Below, piece by piece: positions 38,951 through 39,139 of a stretch of 39,139 nt of DNA (position 1 is its first letter; every line of letters starts with the position of its first letter). Source of the DNA: Candidatus Kerfeldbacteria bacterium (lineage in GTDB: Bacteria; Patescibacteriota; Patescibacteriia; UBA9570); assembly GCA_016207285.1 (NCBI GenBank), contig JACQPW010000003.1, positions 1 to 39,139 on the forward strand, in the 5' to 3' direction. Under the pieces are notes generated by a model. It searched no databases and had not been told where the DNA came from. It saw only the letters and a list, made by a program, of their open reading frames with translations. The translations under genes were made by a program, and so were the position numbers.

Positions 38951-39139
38951 CTAGACGAACAAGATCAACAAAGCGATGACCAAAGCATAAATACCAAGCG
39001 ATTCTGTAATGGCCATGGCAATCACTAATTTGCTGAAAATACCAGCTTCGATGCTGGGATTACGGCCAATGGATTCCATAGTTTTACTAACCATCATGCC
39101 TTGAGCAACGGCTGGTGCAATAACACCAATGCTGACGGC
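38951..39139 (-). CDS. atpE: ATP synthase F0 c subunit (5' end outside the window)
   Basis: Not in the ORF track; translated by hand as AVSIGVIAPAVAQGMMVSKTMESIGRNPSIEAGIFSKLVIAMAITESLGIYALVIALLILFV*, with an RNP loop and the ion-binding Glu. Confidence 0.95.
   Translation of the reverse strand, partial: AVSIGVIAPAVAQGMMVSKTMESIGRNPSIEAGIFSKLVIAMAITESLGIYALVIALLILFV

Overview
Gene-dense bacterial chromosomal segment in genetic code 11 (TGA is used as a stop). It most likely comes from a Patescibacteria/CPR genome; this is inferred from the gene inventory, short AtpH, alpha2-type GlyRS, a PEGA-like membrane protein, minimal intergenic DNA and no visible Shine-Dalgarno sites. Bases 1-19.3 kb form a cell-surface glycan locus: two Wzx/MOP flippases, three tandem AlkP-superfamily phosphodiesterase-like paralogs, a GT-C glycosyltransferase, four GT2s, one GT4, a large unknown exported protein, and an rmlA-C-B-D dTDP-rhamnose pathway with a GGDEF gene wedged inside it. 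Bases 19.2-39.1 kb are housekeeping: murA, ctpA, rplI, pyrG, rpmA, glyQS, M16 peptidase, AI-2E transporter, metG, cvpA, tatD, rmuC, a GlmU-like acetyltransferase and the atpE(partial)FHAGDC operon. Main signals: (1) twelve sigma70-like promoters, ten with the -10 box 7-9 nt before an ATG, which implies systematic leaderless mRNAs; (2) the triplicated AlkP/flippase/GT-C glycan-modification module; (3) a diguanylate cyclase-like gene translationally coupled inside the rml operon; (4) a Na+-type signature in the ATP synthase c subunit; (5) an L9 with an N-terminal deletion. I saw no tRNA, rRNA, CRISPR array or mobile element. All calls were made by eye from motifs, without database searches.
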